In this document: positions 9,019 to 17,345 of the stretch, one piece after another | How the letters are laid out: every line of letters begins with the position of its first letter | Numbering within the stretch: the stretch's first letter is position 1 | NCBI RefSeq assembly: GCF_042666455.1 | Contig: NZ_JBHTDB010000016.1 | Span: forward strand, 582,530-614,529 | Length of the DNA stretch: 32,000 nt | Source of the DNA: Chelatococcus sp. GCM10030263 | GTDB lineage: Bacteria > Pseudomonadota > Alphaproteobacteria > Rhizobiales > Beijerinckiaceae | Direction: 5' to 3' | Notes under the pieces: generated by a model | What the model saw: only the letters and a program-made list of their open reading frames with translations | Told to the model about the DNA's origin: nothing | The model's database searches: none | Made by a program: the position numbers and the translations under genes

Positions 9019-9708
9019 ATGACGCGGCTGCTCGTCAGTGTGAAAGACGCTGCAGAGGCCGAACTGGCCGCAGCGGCGGGCGCGAACCTGATCGATGCCA
9101 AGGACCCGGCGACGGGTGCGCTCGGCGGTCTTTCGCGTGGCGCCGTCGAAGAGATCCTGCGCGCCGTTGCCGGCCGCCGGCCGGTGAGCGCCGTCGTCGG
9201 CGAGCACGACGAGCCGGCTGCGGCCATGGCGGCGGCGCGGGCGCTCGCCGGGACCGGCTTGTCCTTCATCAAGATCGGCTTCGGGCCGGGCCTCAGCAGC
9301 GAGGCGGCGGTAGCGCGCCTGAAGCCCGAGGGGCTGCCGCCGCTCGTCGCCGTCTTCTTCGCGGACGAGGACCCGCCCTTTCATCTGCTTCCTGCTCTCG
9401 CCCAGGCCGGCTTCCACGGCGCGATGCTCGACACGCGCGGCAAGCGGGGCGGCGGGCTCACCACCCATCTGGCGCGCAAGCGCCTCGCCGCCTTCGTCGC
9501 GCTGTGCCGCGCTCATGCCCTCTTTTGCGGGCTCGCCGGGTCGCTGCATATCGCGGATATCGACAGGCTGGCGCCGCTCGGCGCGGATTATCTCGGCTTT
9601 CGCGGGGGCCTTTGCCGCGGCGGCAACCGCCTCAACGGACTTGATGCGGAGGCCGTCCGGACCGCCGCAGGCCGCCTTGCGCTCGCCTCCACCGGGGTTC
9701 CGGCATGA
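9019..9708 (+). CDS. mfnB: (5-formylfuran-3-yl)methyl phosphate synthase-like protein (DUF556; methanofuran/methylofuran furan-moiety synthase, orf19-type)
   Basis: 229 aa. N-terminus LLVSVKDAAEAELAAAAGANLIDAKDP matches the MJ1099/DUF556 family signature. ATGA overlap with the next gene. Confidence 0.75.
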   Translation: MTRLLVSVKDAAEAELAAAAGANLIDAKDPATGALGGLSRGAVEEILRAVAGRRPVSAVVGEHDEPAAAMAAARALAGTGLSFIKIGFGPGLSSEAAVARLKPEGLPPLVAVFFADEDPPFHLLPALAQAGFHGAMLDTRGKRGGGLTTHLARKRLAAFVALCRAHALFCGLAGSLHIADIDRLAPLGADYLGFRGGLCRGGNRLNGLDAEAVRTAAGRLALASTGVPA

Positions 9709-10325
9709 ACCGCCCCGAAAAGCCCACAGCCGTCGTGAAGATCGGCGGCAGCCTCTATGGCACCGCGCGCCTCGACCGGGTCGTCGCCGAGGTGCTCGCC
9801 GCGCCCGTACCGAGTGTGATCGTGCCCGGCGGAGGCCCCTTTGCCGATGCGGTGCGCGAGGCGCAGAGGCGCCTTGGCTTCGACGACCGCCTCGCTCATC
9901 GGCTCGCCCTCGACGCCATGGCGCAGGCGGCCGAGGCTCTGGCAGCGCGCCATGCGCGCCTCGTCGTCGCTGCGACCGCCGCAGAGATCGCGGCGGCGCA
10001 CGGCGCCGGCCTCATACCCATTTGGCAGCCGCATGCCTTGCGGGCCGGACATCCCGATATCCCGGAGAGCTGGGACGTGACCTCGGATAGCCTCGCCCTC
10101 TGGCTCGCCACCCTGCGCGGCGCGGCGCGGCTCGTGCTGGTGAAATCGCTCGATGTCGCCTCGGCATCCCCTGCGGCACTCGCGGCGGCCGGGATCGTCG
10201 ATGCCGCCTTTCCCGTCTTCGCGGCGCGCTATGACGGCGATATCGTGATCGCCGGCCCCGCGGCGGACGCGAGCCTCTCCGCATTGATCGCCGGCACCGT
10301 CGCGAAGGGAGCCCAGGCCGCATGA
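9705..10325 (+). CDS. Amino-acid-kinase-fold protein of the H4MPT/methanofuran island (orf20-type; MfnE-like candidate)
   Basis: 206 aa with VVKIGGSLYG ... VIVPGGGPFAD motifs typical of the Asp/Glu/uridylate kinase fold. Coupled at both ends by ATGA overlaps. Confidence 0.65.
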   Translation: MNRPEKPTAVVKIGGSLYGTARLDRVVAEVLAAPVPSVIVPGGGPFADAVREAQRRLGFDDRLAHRLALDAMAQAAEALAARHARLVVAATAAEIAAAHGAGLIPIWQPHALRAGHPDIPESWDVTSDSLALWLATLRGAARLVLVKSLDVASASPAALAAAGIVDAAFPVFAARYDGDIVIAGPAADASLSALIAGTVAKGAQAA

Positions 10326-10882
10326 GCGCCAAAGTCAAGACGCCGCGTCTCGCCTGGGCCCTCACCGGCTCCGGCCATTTCTTCACGGAATGCCTGGAGC
10401 TGATGCGCGAGGTGCCGGACCTCGACCTCTTCGTCACCAAAGCCGCGGCGGAAGTGGTGCGGATGTATCGCGAGAAGCTCGATGCCCTGCCGAAAAACGT
10501 GCGCATCTTTCGCGACACGACGGCGAGCGCTGCCCCCGTCGGGCTCTTCTATCAGGGCGTCTACCACACGCTTGTCGTGGGTCCGGCAACCTCGAATACG
10601 GTCGCCAAATGCGTCTATGGCATTTCCGACACGCTCGCGACCAATGTCTTCGCCCAGGCCGGCAAATGCCGCATTCCCTCTATCGTTTTCGCTTGCGACA
10701 CGGCGCCGGAAATGGACACCATGGCGCCCGGAGGGATGGTGAAGGTCTGGCCGCGGCGCGTCGATCTCGACAATGTCGACCGCCTGCGCAGCTTCGAGGC
10801 GACGACCGTCGTCGAGACGCTCGATGAGCTCACCGGCGCACTCCGCGAAAGGCTCGCATGCGTGAGTGCCTCTGCCTCATAA
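10322..10882 (+). CDS. Flavoprotein of the archaeoflavoprotein AfpA / DmrB family (candidate dihydromethanopterin reductase)
   Basis: 186 aa. AWALTGSGHFF and GPATSNTVAK motifs of the PF02441-type flavoprotein fold. Sits in an H4MPT gene context. Confidence 0.75.
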   Translation: MSAKVKTPRLAWALTGSGHFFTECLELMREVPDLDLFVTKAAAEVVRMYREKLDALPKNVRIFRDTTASAAPVGLFYQGVYHTLVVGPATSNTVAKCVYGISDTLATNVFAQAGKCRIPSIVFACDTAPEMDTMAPGGMVKVWPRRVDLDNVDRLRSFEATTVVETLDELTGALRERLACVSASAS

Positions 10883-12264
10883 CCGGCCATATGGCGAAGC
10901 CGCGTCTGACCAAGGTGATGGAGAGCCTGGGCCGGGATGCCTTCGACTGGACCATTGTCGATGCCGGCGTGAAGGTTGCGGCGCTGATGACGGAGGAGAT
11001 CATCCGCCGCCGCGTCAGCCTGCCGGAGGGCACCTCGCGCGTCATCCTGCCGGGCCGCTGCCGGGCGAATGTCGATGTGCTCTCGCGGCATTTCGGCGTG
11101 CCCGTCGCGCGCGGACCGGACGAGATCGTCGACCTGCCCGCCTTTTTCGGCCGCGGCGCCCAGCCGCCGGACCTGTCGCGCCATGACCTCACGCTCTTTG
11201 CGGAGATCGTGGATGCGCCGCATCTCGCGCCCGCGGAGATCCTCGCCCGGGCAGCCGCCCTGCGCACCAAGGGCGCCGACGTGATCGACCTCGGCGGCTT
11301 GCCCGACACGCCCTTTCCGCATCTCGAAGCGACGGTCGGCCTGCTCAAGGGCGAGGGCTTTCGGGTCAGCGTCGATTCCTTCTCGCGCGACGAGCTCGAA
11401 CGCGGCGCCAAGGCCGGGGCCGATTTCCTGCTGAGCCTCAACGAGGACACCCTCGAGCTTGCCTTCGACCATCCGGCCGTGCCGGTGATCGTGCCGACAA
11501 GGCCCGGCGACATGGCCTCGCTCATCCGCGCCGCCGAGCGGCTGGCTGCCGCCGGCAAGCCCTTCATGGCCGATCCCATCCTGGAGCCGATCCATTTCGG
11601 CTTCACCGCCTCGATCGCGCGCTATGCCGAATTCCGCCGGCTGATGCCGCAGGCCGAGATGCTGATGGGCACGGGCAACCTGACCGAGCTCACGGATGCC
11701 GACAGCCTCGGCGTCACCGCCGTCCTCCTCGGCATCTGCTCGGAGCTCTCCATCCGCAACGTCCTTCTCGTGCAGGTGAGCCCGCATACCCGCCGCACCA
11801 TCGAGGAGCACGACGCCGCGCGCCGACTGATGTATGCCGCGAAAATGGACGACGCCCTGCCCAAGGGCTATGGCGCAGCTCTTCTCGCCTTGCATGACAA
11901 GCGCCCCTTCCCCAATGCACCGGCGGATATCGCGGCGGTCGCGGCGCAGGTGCGCGACGCCAATTTCCGCATCGAGGTGGCCGAGGACGGCATCCATGTC
12001 TACAACCGCGACCTCCATGTCGTGGACACGGACGCGCTCGCCTTTTTCCCGAAGCTCGGGGTGGAGGCGGACGGCGGTCACGCCTTCTACCTCGGGCAGG
12101 AGCTCGCCAAGGCCGAAGTCGCCTGGCGGCTCGGCAAGCGTTATGTGCAGGACGAGCCGCTCGCCTGGGGCTGCGCGGCCGATCCGCCGGCGGCCGAAGA
12201 CTCGACCGTCTTCAAGGAGGCGGGCCACACGCTGCGCGCCAAGCGCTACAAGGATGGTGCCTAA
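10858..12264 (+). CDS. Dihydropteroate-synthase-related protein of H4MPT biosynthesis (orf1-type)
   Basis: 468 aa. Pterin-binding-domain motif GADVIDLGG in the central region and an N-terminal ...LITGHMAKPRL... domain. The start at 10858 overlaps the previous gene by 25 nt. Confidence 0.8.
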   Translation: MRECLCLITGHMAKPRLTKVMESLGRDAFDWTIVDAGVKVAALMTEEIIRRRVSLPEGTSRVILPGRCRANVDVLSRHFGVPVARGPDEIVDLPAFFGRGAQPPDLSRHDLTLFAEIVDAPHLAPAEILARAAALRTKGADVIDLGGLPDTPFPHLEATVGLLKGEGFRVSVDSFSRDELERGAKAGADFLLSLNEDTLELAFDHPAVPVIVPTRPGDMASLIRAAERLAAAGKPFMADPILEPIHFGFTASIARYAEFRRLMPQAEMLMGTGNLTELTDADSLGVTAVLLGICSELSIRNVLLVQVSPHTRRTIEEHDAARRLMYAAKMDDALPKGYGAALLALHDKRPFPNAPADIAAVAAQVRDANFRIEVAEDGIHVYNRDLHVVDTDALAFFPKLGVEADGGHAFYLGQELAKAEVAWRLGKRYVQDEPLAWGCAADPPAAEDSTVFKEAGHTLRAKRYKDGA

Positions 12265-12267
12265 GCG

Positions 12268-12828
12268 ATGGCCTTCATTCTCGAAACGGTGGTGACGACC
12301 CGCAACGCCGACGGCAGCCATCACCTCGCGCCCTATGGGCTGATCCAGGATGGCGAGGGCTATGTCATCGCGCCCTTCCACCCTTCACCGGCCATCGAGA
12401 ACCTGAGGCGCCGTCCCTTCGCGGCGGCAGCGGCACCCGTCGACCTCCGGGTAATCGCCGGCGCGGTGACAGGCAGGCGCGACTGGCCCACCGTGGCCTG
12501 CGAGACGATCGACCTCGTGCGGCTGGCCGACGCCTTCGGTCATATGGAGCTCGCGGTCGAGAGCGTCACCGAGGACGCGCTGCGCCCGCGCTTCCGCTGC
12601 AAGGTGGTGCACAGCGCAAGCCACCTGCCCTTCGTCGGCTACAATCGGGCACAAGCAGCAATCATCGAGGGCGCCATCCTCTCGACCCGGCTCGATCTTC
12701 TCCCGCGCGAGAAGATCGAGGCGGAAATGGCCTATCTCCGGATCGCCATCAGCAAGACCGCGGGGCCGGTCGAGCAGGAGGCCTGGGGCTGGATCGAGGA
12801 AAAAATCCGCGACGGTCTCGGCAGCTGA
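12268..12828 (+). CDS. DUF447-family protein (H4MPT-pathway-associated, function unknown)
   Basis: 186 aa. Starts 3 nt after the stop of the DHPS-like gene. I recognise the sequence as the DUF447 family shared by methanogens and H4MPT-using bacteria; this recognition is from memory only. Confidence 0.65.
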   Translation: MAFILETVVTTRNADGSHHLAPYGLIQDGEGYVIAPFHPSPAIENLRRRPFAAAAAPVDLRVIAGAVTGRRDWPTVACETIDLVRLADAFGHMELAVESVTEDALRPRFRCKVVHSASHLPFVGYNRAQAAIIEGAILSTRLDLLPREKIEAEMAYLRIAISKTAGPVEQEAWGWIEEKIRDGLGS

Positions 12829-12832
12829 ACCG

Positions 12833-12863
12833 CCGGTTCAGCTAATTTGTGAGCTGAGACCGG
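12833..12863. terminator. Hairpin between convergent genes (candidate terminator)
   Basis: CCGGTTCAGCT (12833-12843), 8-nt AT-rich loop, AGCTGAGACCGG (12852-12863). 11 bp with one bulge. Confidence 0.4.
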
Positions 12864-12885
12864 CTCGTCGAGTCGAGTCAAAGGC

Positions 12886-13962
12886 TTACCGGCCATTCCT
12901 GAACGATTGTTGCAGCTCGACGGAGCTTGCGAGCAGGCCCACCGCCACCGCCGGCGCGCAGGACGCCGTCCAGCCGCGCGTGCCCTCTTCGGCCGGCACG
13001 AGCTCGGCCAGGTTGCGGCAGGGCCGGTTGAGGCGCCCTGCCAAGGCCTCGACGATGCCGGTGCCGACGCCGCAGGCGATGACCGGAGCGTCATCCGGCA
13101 GACGGCGGCCGGAGAGCACCTGCGTCGCCGCGTCGTGGATGCGGCGCAGCTGCAGCTCAGCGAAATGGGCGGCAAGGTCGCGCCAAGCCTCGTCCGATGC
13201 CTCGCCGGCATCATGCCCGACCATGCGCGCGAGGCGCACGCAGGTCTCCGCCAGGCTCTTGCCTTTGCCGTCGGCCGCCTCCTGCTGGTCGGCCTCCTCC
13301 GGCAGGCGGCCGAGCAGGCGATAGACATCGGCCGTGGTGGCGAAATATTCGGCCATCAGAGAGACGAGGCGGCCGCCGAAAGGCACCTGGCTCGCGAGCG
13401 CCACGAGCGGCGTCCGCACGAGGCCGGTATAGACGAGTTCGCCGGTCGCGAGCCGTTCGGCGTCGGTATAACCGGCAGCAGCAGGCAGTCCGGCGGCGAT
13501 GGGGATGATGTCCGTCGTCGTGGAGCCGATATCGACGAGAAGCGCCTCGCCGACGGCACGGCCCACGAAGCCCGCCGTCGCGTGCCAATTGGCCGAAGCG
13601 ATATCGGCGACATGCGCAGGAACGGCGTCCGGCGGCAGAAATTCCGCGCGGCCGCCATAGATCGCGACCGGGCCGGTGAGGCGCGTCTTCGCCCAGTCGA
13701 CAAGAGCGCCCACGCCTTCCGCGCGGTTGCTGAAGAAATCGGCGAGTTCGCCGGTCATGGTCACGGCATGCAGGGCGTGTTCACGGGTCCATTCCGGCAG
13801 GCCGGCCAGCGCCTCGTCCAGGGCGACAGGACCTCGCCAGAGCAGACAGGGTGCCTGCACGACGGCCTCGACCCGGCCGGCGACGATGCGGGCGGCCTTG
13901 ACATGGATGCCGCCGAGATCCCACCCAATAACGACATCCGAGCCTTGCGGCATCATGCTCAT
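12886..13962 (-). CDS. Hydantoinase/oxoprolinase-family (ASKHA fold) protein, H4MPT-linked C1 pathway-associated (orf21-type)
   Basis: 358 aa. IGWDLGGIHVKAA and VDIGSTTTDIIPI phosphate-binding motifs. AGGAG 4 nt upstream of the ATG at 13962; ATGs at 13956 and 13953 are alternative starts. Confidence 0.8.
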   Translation of the reverse strand: MSMMPQGSDVVIGWDLGGIHVKAARIVAGRVEAVVQAPCLLWRGPVALDEALAGLPEWTREHALHAVTMTGELADFFSNRAEGVGALVDWAKTRLTGPVAIYGGRAEFLPPDAVPAHVADIASANWHATAGFVGRAVGEALLVDIGSTTTDIIPIAAGLPAAAGYTDAERLATGELVYTGLVRTPLVALASQVPFGGRLVSLMAEYFATTADVYRLLGRLPEEADQQEAADGKGKSLAETCVRLARMVGHDAGEASDEAWRDLAAHFAELQLRRIHDAATQVLSGRRLPDDAPVIACGVGTGIVEALAGRLNRPCRNLAELVPAEEGTRGWTASCAPAVAVGLLASSVELQQSFRNGR

Positions 13963-14039
13963 AATGCTCCTGAGGGAAATCTACGGGCCGCAGCGCGAAG
14001 GCAACGCCCATTGTCGGGCCACCACGGGGGCATCAGGCC

Positions 14040-14735
14040 ATGGCTGAAACGGCCGTCGACATCATCCCGGTCATCGATCTGCAGCACGGGCTCGTCGTCC
14101 GCGCCAAGGCTGGCGAGCGTGCGCGCTATGCCCCCATCGTCACGCCGCTCAGCGCCACGGCCGATCCGGTCGACGTGGCACAGGGCCTGCTCGCCGCCGT
14201 GCCGGCCAAGCGGCTCTATGTCGCCGATCTCGACGGCATCGAAGGCCGCGGCTCCGATCATGCGAGCCTCGCGCGTCTTGCGGCCGCCTGTCCAGGGATA
14301 GAGCTCTGGGTCGACAGCGGCTTCGCCGCCGACGCCGAACTCGGCGCCTTCCTCGACAACGGGATCGGAAAACCGGTCCTGGGCTCGGAAAGCCAGGGGG
14401 ATGGCGAACTCTTTGCGCGCTGGCGCGACCATGTCGTGCTGTCGCTCGACTTCCGCGGCGAAGGCTTTCTCGGCCCACGGACGCTTCTCGATGACAGCGA
14501 CTTGTGGCCCGAGGCGGTGATCGTCATGACGCTGGCGCGCGTCGGCACCGGCACAGGGCCAGACACCAAGCGGCTCGCCGCCATCAAAGCCAGGGCACCG
14601 AACAGCCGGGTCTATGCCGCCGGGGGCTTGCGCGGGCCGGAGGACCTACGCAGGCTCGAAGCGCTCGGCATCGCCGGCGTGCTCGTCGCCTCGGCGCTGC
14701 ACGATGGTCGGCTCGGCCACCGAAGACCCCGCTGA
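14040..14735 (+). CDS. HisA/HisF-family (beta/alpha)8-barrel protein, H4MPT-island-associated (orf22-type)
   Basis: 231 aa. IIPVIDLQHGLVVRA and LYVADLDGIEG motifs like HisA/HisF. Divergent from the hydantoinase-like gene across 77 bp. Confidence 0.75.
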   Translation: MAETAVDIIPVIDLQHGLVVRAKAGERARYAPIVTPLSATADPVDVAQGLLAAVPAKRLYVADLDGIEGRGSDHASLARLAAACPGIELWVDSGFAADAELGAFLDNGIGKPVLGSESQGDGELFARWRDHVVLSLDFRGEGFLGPRTLLDDSDLWPEAVIVMTLARVGTGTGPDTKRLAAIKARAPNSRVYAAGGLRGPEDLRRLEALGIAGVLVASALHDGRLGHRRPR

Positions 14736-14768
14736 AGAGGCCCACCTCGGCACAACCGTCAGAGAGAC

Positions 14769-14795
14769 GGCGGGAAGGCGCGATGCCTCCCCGCC
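14769..14795 (+). terminator. GC-rich hairpin downstream of the HisA/F-like gene
   Basis: GGCGGGAAGGC, loop GCGAT, GCCTCCCCGCC. 11 bp with one mismatch; no U-tract. Confidence 0.35.
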
Positions 14796-14847
14796 CCGCT
14801 ATCGATTGAGGAATATGGCAGCCAACCGCTGAAGCAGGCCTTGACTT

Positions 14848-14868
14848 GCAGGCGAAGTTACGCCCTGC
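14848..14868 (-). terminator. Hairpin 18 nt downstream of the fae stop (candidate fae terminator)
   Basis: Plus-strand GCAGGCG (14848-14854), 6-nt loop, CGCCCTGC (14861-14868). 7 bp with one bulge; no clear U-tract. Confidence 0.35.
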
Positions 14869-14885
14869 CCAGGGTTGTCCCCTTC

Positions 14886-15395
14886 CTAATTGGCAGCGAA
14901 GGGATGCTGCGCCGAATTGCGCTGCTCGGTCACCGTGCGCGCGTTGGGCTCGCCGCGGATGGCGCGCTCGATCGAGAGCTTGGTGGCCTCGTAGTTGTAT
15001 TGCTGAATCTTCTTGTCGTCGTTGGCTTCCCAGTGAATGAAGACGCCGACGCAGATGAAGATGTCGTCCGCCTCTTCAATCGGGATGGTACCCTCGGCCA
15101 CGGCATCCTGAACCGCCTTGGCCACGCCATGCTGCGCTGGGCCGAACATCTGCACGGCCTGCTTGGCTTCCTTGATCGTGACCTTGTTGAACAGGATCGT
15201 GTTGGGCTTGCACGGCAGGTTCGGCGCGATGACCGCAAGAAGGGTTGTGAAACCGTCCTTGTTATTGGTCAAGGCGGTGGCAAATGCCGTTTCAGCCACG
15301 CTACCGCGAGGTCCCATGATCAGATCGATATGGGCAACTTCGTTGCCATCACCGACCAGAGCCTCACCTACCATCAACTTGTTGATCTTCGCCAT
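14886..15395 (-). CDS. fae: Formaldehyde-activating enzyme (5,6,7,8-tetrahydromethanopterin hydro-lyase)
   Basis: 169 aa, [32 protein letters not shown]...NLPCKPNT...FIHWEA...HPFAAN. Near-colinear with M. extorquens Fae as I remember it. AGGGAGGA SD upstream. Confidence 0.97.
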   Translation of the reverse strand: MAKINKLMVGEALVGDGNEVAHIDLIMGPRGSVAETAFATALTNNKDGFTTLLAVIAPNLPCKPNTILFNKVTIKEAKQAVQMFGPAQHGVAKAVQDAVAEGTIPIEEADDIFICVGVFIHWEANDDKKIQQYNYEATKLSIERAIRGEPNARTVTEQRNSAQHPFAAN

Positions 15396-15417
15396 CTGCT
15401 AGTCCTCCCTAAGAGAA

Positions 15418-15459
15418 CGAAGAAAAAAGACCGGCGCCGAAGGGTACTTTGGCGGCCGG
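15418..15459 (-). terminator. Canonical rho-independent terminator-like stem-loop plus U-tract between the CitG-like gene and fae
   Basis: Minus strand reads CCGGCCGCC-A-AAG-TACC-CTT-C-GGCGCCGG followed by TCTTTTTTCTTCG. The U-tract ends only 22 nt before the fae ATG. Confidence 0.55.
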
Positions 15460-15525
15460 ACCGCCTATCCTTGTTTTCAGCATTCGGCATGCGCCGAACC
15501 GGTTGGCCAGATAGCTCCGAGGAGC

Positions 15526-16404
15526 CTAGCCGGGGCCACGCCCGCCAGCAAGGCTTTCCGCACCAATTTTTCGTTCGACGGCCACTGCATTCAGGAAGAT
15601 CGTCGCAACGGTGAAGTCTGCGCTCGTGCCCGGATTGATCCCTTCCCCCTTCAGTTCCGCGTCGAAGGCGAGAAGTGCGTCACCATTAGCCGGGCCGAGC
15701 TCCGATCCGGCGGCGATCGCTGCCGCCCTCTCCCGGATCCGCTCCGCCGTCTCCGCCCCGAATTTCCGGGCGATATGGCTGTCCGGCACCGCGGCGAGAA
15801 AAGCGAGATAGACCGCCGTCACCGTCCAGGGCTCGGCGGGGCCGCGCCCTTCAGCCTCGTGCAGGGCCGGCAGGCCGACGGCAAAGAGATCCTCGAAGCC
15901 CGTGACATAGGCGCGGGCGATTCGATCCCGGCCGGCAGCCGCGGCCATGGCCTCACGCAGGGTCACGCGCGGCGGCTCGGCTACGTCGTGGCTCTCCGAC
16001 CGCCCGAGACCGCCGGGAGAGGCACGCCGGATCGCGGCATAGACCTTCGCCGCATCCGCAACGTCGAGGCTGTCCAGCGTGGCCCCGAGATTGGCGCGGA
16101 GTTCCCCCGGCCGCTCGGCGGCGGCGGCGATGGGCGCGGACAAAAGGAGAATGCCGAGATTGGTGTTCATGCCGAGCCGCGCCACCGTCGCCTCGACGGC
16201 GTCGAGCACGCGCTCGCCGATCCGGGCACCAGTGCGGGCGAGCGGCTCGGCCGAGGCATTGGCGCTCGCCTCGAAATCCGCCACCGTCATGCCGTGCCCT
16301 TCGGCAAAGACATGGACATTGCCTGGCTTCAAGGCGGCGAGCTCGGCGAGGCAGGCCTTGCGGTAAAGCCGCGCGATCACGCTGCTATCGAGCGCGCGCG
16401 CCAT
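15526..16404 (-). CDS. Triphosphoribosyl-dephospho-CoA synthase (CitG/MdcB)-family protein, H4MPT-island-associated (orf7-type)
   Basis: LAALKPGNVH motif. I place the start at ATG 16404 (MARALDSS...), which shares one base with the TGA of the upstream gene. The 60-aa Arg/Gly-rich N-terminal extension in the track is not credible. Confidence 0.8.
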   Translation of the reverse strand: MARALDSSVIARLYRKACLAELAALKPGNVHVFAEGHGMTVADFEASANASAEPLARTGARIGERVLDAVEATVARLGMNTNLGILLLSAPIAAAAERPGELRANLGATLDSLDVADAAKVYAAIRRASPGGLGRSESHDVAEPPRVTLREAMAAAAGRDRIARAYVTGFEDLFAVGLPALHEAEGRGPAEPWTVTAVYLAFLAAVPDSHIARKFGAETAERIRERAAAIAAGSELGPANGDALLAFDAELKGEGINPGTSADFTVATIFLNAVAVERKIGAESLAGGRGPG

Positions 16405-17345
16405 CACGATGCCGCCGCGAGGCGGAGCGGCCGCGCAGCCCGCACCGCCTTGAGGAAGCCGTCGACGACCGTGCTGGCGATGTCCTGTTCGGTCACCGTC
16501 TGCAGGCCGGACCAGGACGGCATGCTGTTCACCTCGAGCACGAGAAAGCCTTCCGCGCCATCCTCGATCAGATCGACGCCGCAATACTGCACGCCGACGG
16601 CCTCCGCCGCCGCCACGGCGAGCTCCTCGGCACGCGCCGGCACGGCCCAGGGCCGCGGCCGCCCGCCCCGGTGGACATTGGTGATCCAGTCGTCACCTTC
16701 GCGGATCATGCCGGCGACCATGCGGCCGTCGCAGACGAAGACGCGGAAATCGCGCCAGGGCCGGCCGGGCCGCGGCACGAAGCGCTGGAGGTAGTAGACG
16801 CGCGCGACCTCTTCGGGCTCAGGCAGCTCCTCCGGGCGGCGCACGAGCCTGAGGCCCTCGCCCTGCGAGCCGAAGAGCGGCTTCAGCACGAGCGGTGCGC
16901 TTTCACTGGCCTCGCGTGCCACAACCGCCGCTGCCGCCTCGCGGCTCGACAGCACGAAGGTGTCGGGCGTCGGCAGTCCGGCGCGCGCGATAAGCAGGCT
17001 CGTCATGGACTTGTCCACGCAGCGCTCTATGGCCTGTGGCGCGTTCCAGACCACCGTGCCGGCAGCGGCGAGCGCGTGCAGCACGCCGAGCCGCATGGTG
17101 GTCGCTTCGAAGGTGCCGCCAGCGATCGTGCGCAACAGGAGCCCGTCCGGCAACGCGTCGGCCAAGCCGGGGATGCGCAGGGGCTCCCCACCTCCCGTCA
17201 CCACCGCGACGTCCGCCAGCGAGAACAGCACGGGCTCGATACCGCGGGCTCTCAGCGCCTCGCGCAGGCGGCTGCGATGCCACTCGCCATTGTCGGCAGC
17301 GAGCCCGATGCGCACCCCCTCGCCCGGCTCAGCCGAAGGAAGCAT
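16404..17345 (-). CDS. RimK-type ATP-grasp alpha-L-glutamate ligase (orf5 / MptN-like)
   Basis: 313 aa. [39 protein letters not shown] and LEVNSMPSW motifs of RimK-family ligases. ATG 17345 overlaps the mch 3' end by 17 nt; GTG 17315 is an alternative start. Confidence 0.8.
   Translation of the reverse strand: MLPSAEPGEGVRIGLAADNGEWHRSRLREALRARGIEPVLFSLADVAVVTGGGEPLRIPGLADALPDGLLLRTIAGGTFEATTMRLGVLHALAAAGTVVWNAPQAIERCVDKSMTSLLIARAGLPTPDTFVLSSREAAAAVVAREASESAPLVLKPLFGSQGEGLRLVRRPEELPEPEEVARVYYLQRFVPRPGRPWRDFRVFVCDGRMVAGMIREGDDWITNVHRGGRPRPWAVPARAEELAVAAAEAVGVQYCGVDLIEDGAEGFLVLEVNSMPSWSGLQTVTEQDIASTVVDGFLKAVRAARPLRLAAAS

Noticed and set aside
8856-9644. 262-aa Arg-rich plus-strand ORF, and 8917-9549 on the minus strand.
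   Set aside because: They overlap the MfnB-like gene in other frames. The extreme Arg/Pro/Gly content is characteristic of off-frame translation of GC-rich coding DNA.
10615-12381. 588-aa minus-strand ORF, the longest in the track.
   Set aside because: It is exactly antisense to the dihydropteroate-synthase-like gene. The product is an Arg/Gly/Ala/His-rich low-complexity string with no motif, which is a typical stop-codon-poor shadow frame in high-GC DNA. The plus-strand gene has recognisable motifs and operon coupling.
16405-16584. 60-codon N-terminal extension of the CitG-like ORF in the track.
   Set aside because: The extension lies entirely within the upstream ATP-grasp gene and is Arg/Gly-rich. 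The ATG at 16404 gives a stop/start overlap and a sensible N-terminus (MARALDSS...).
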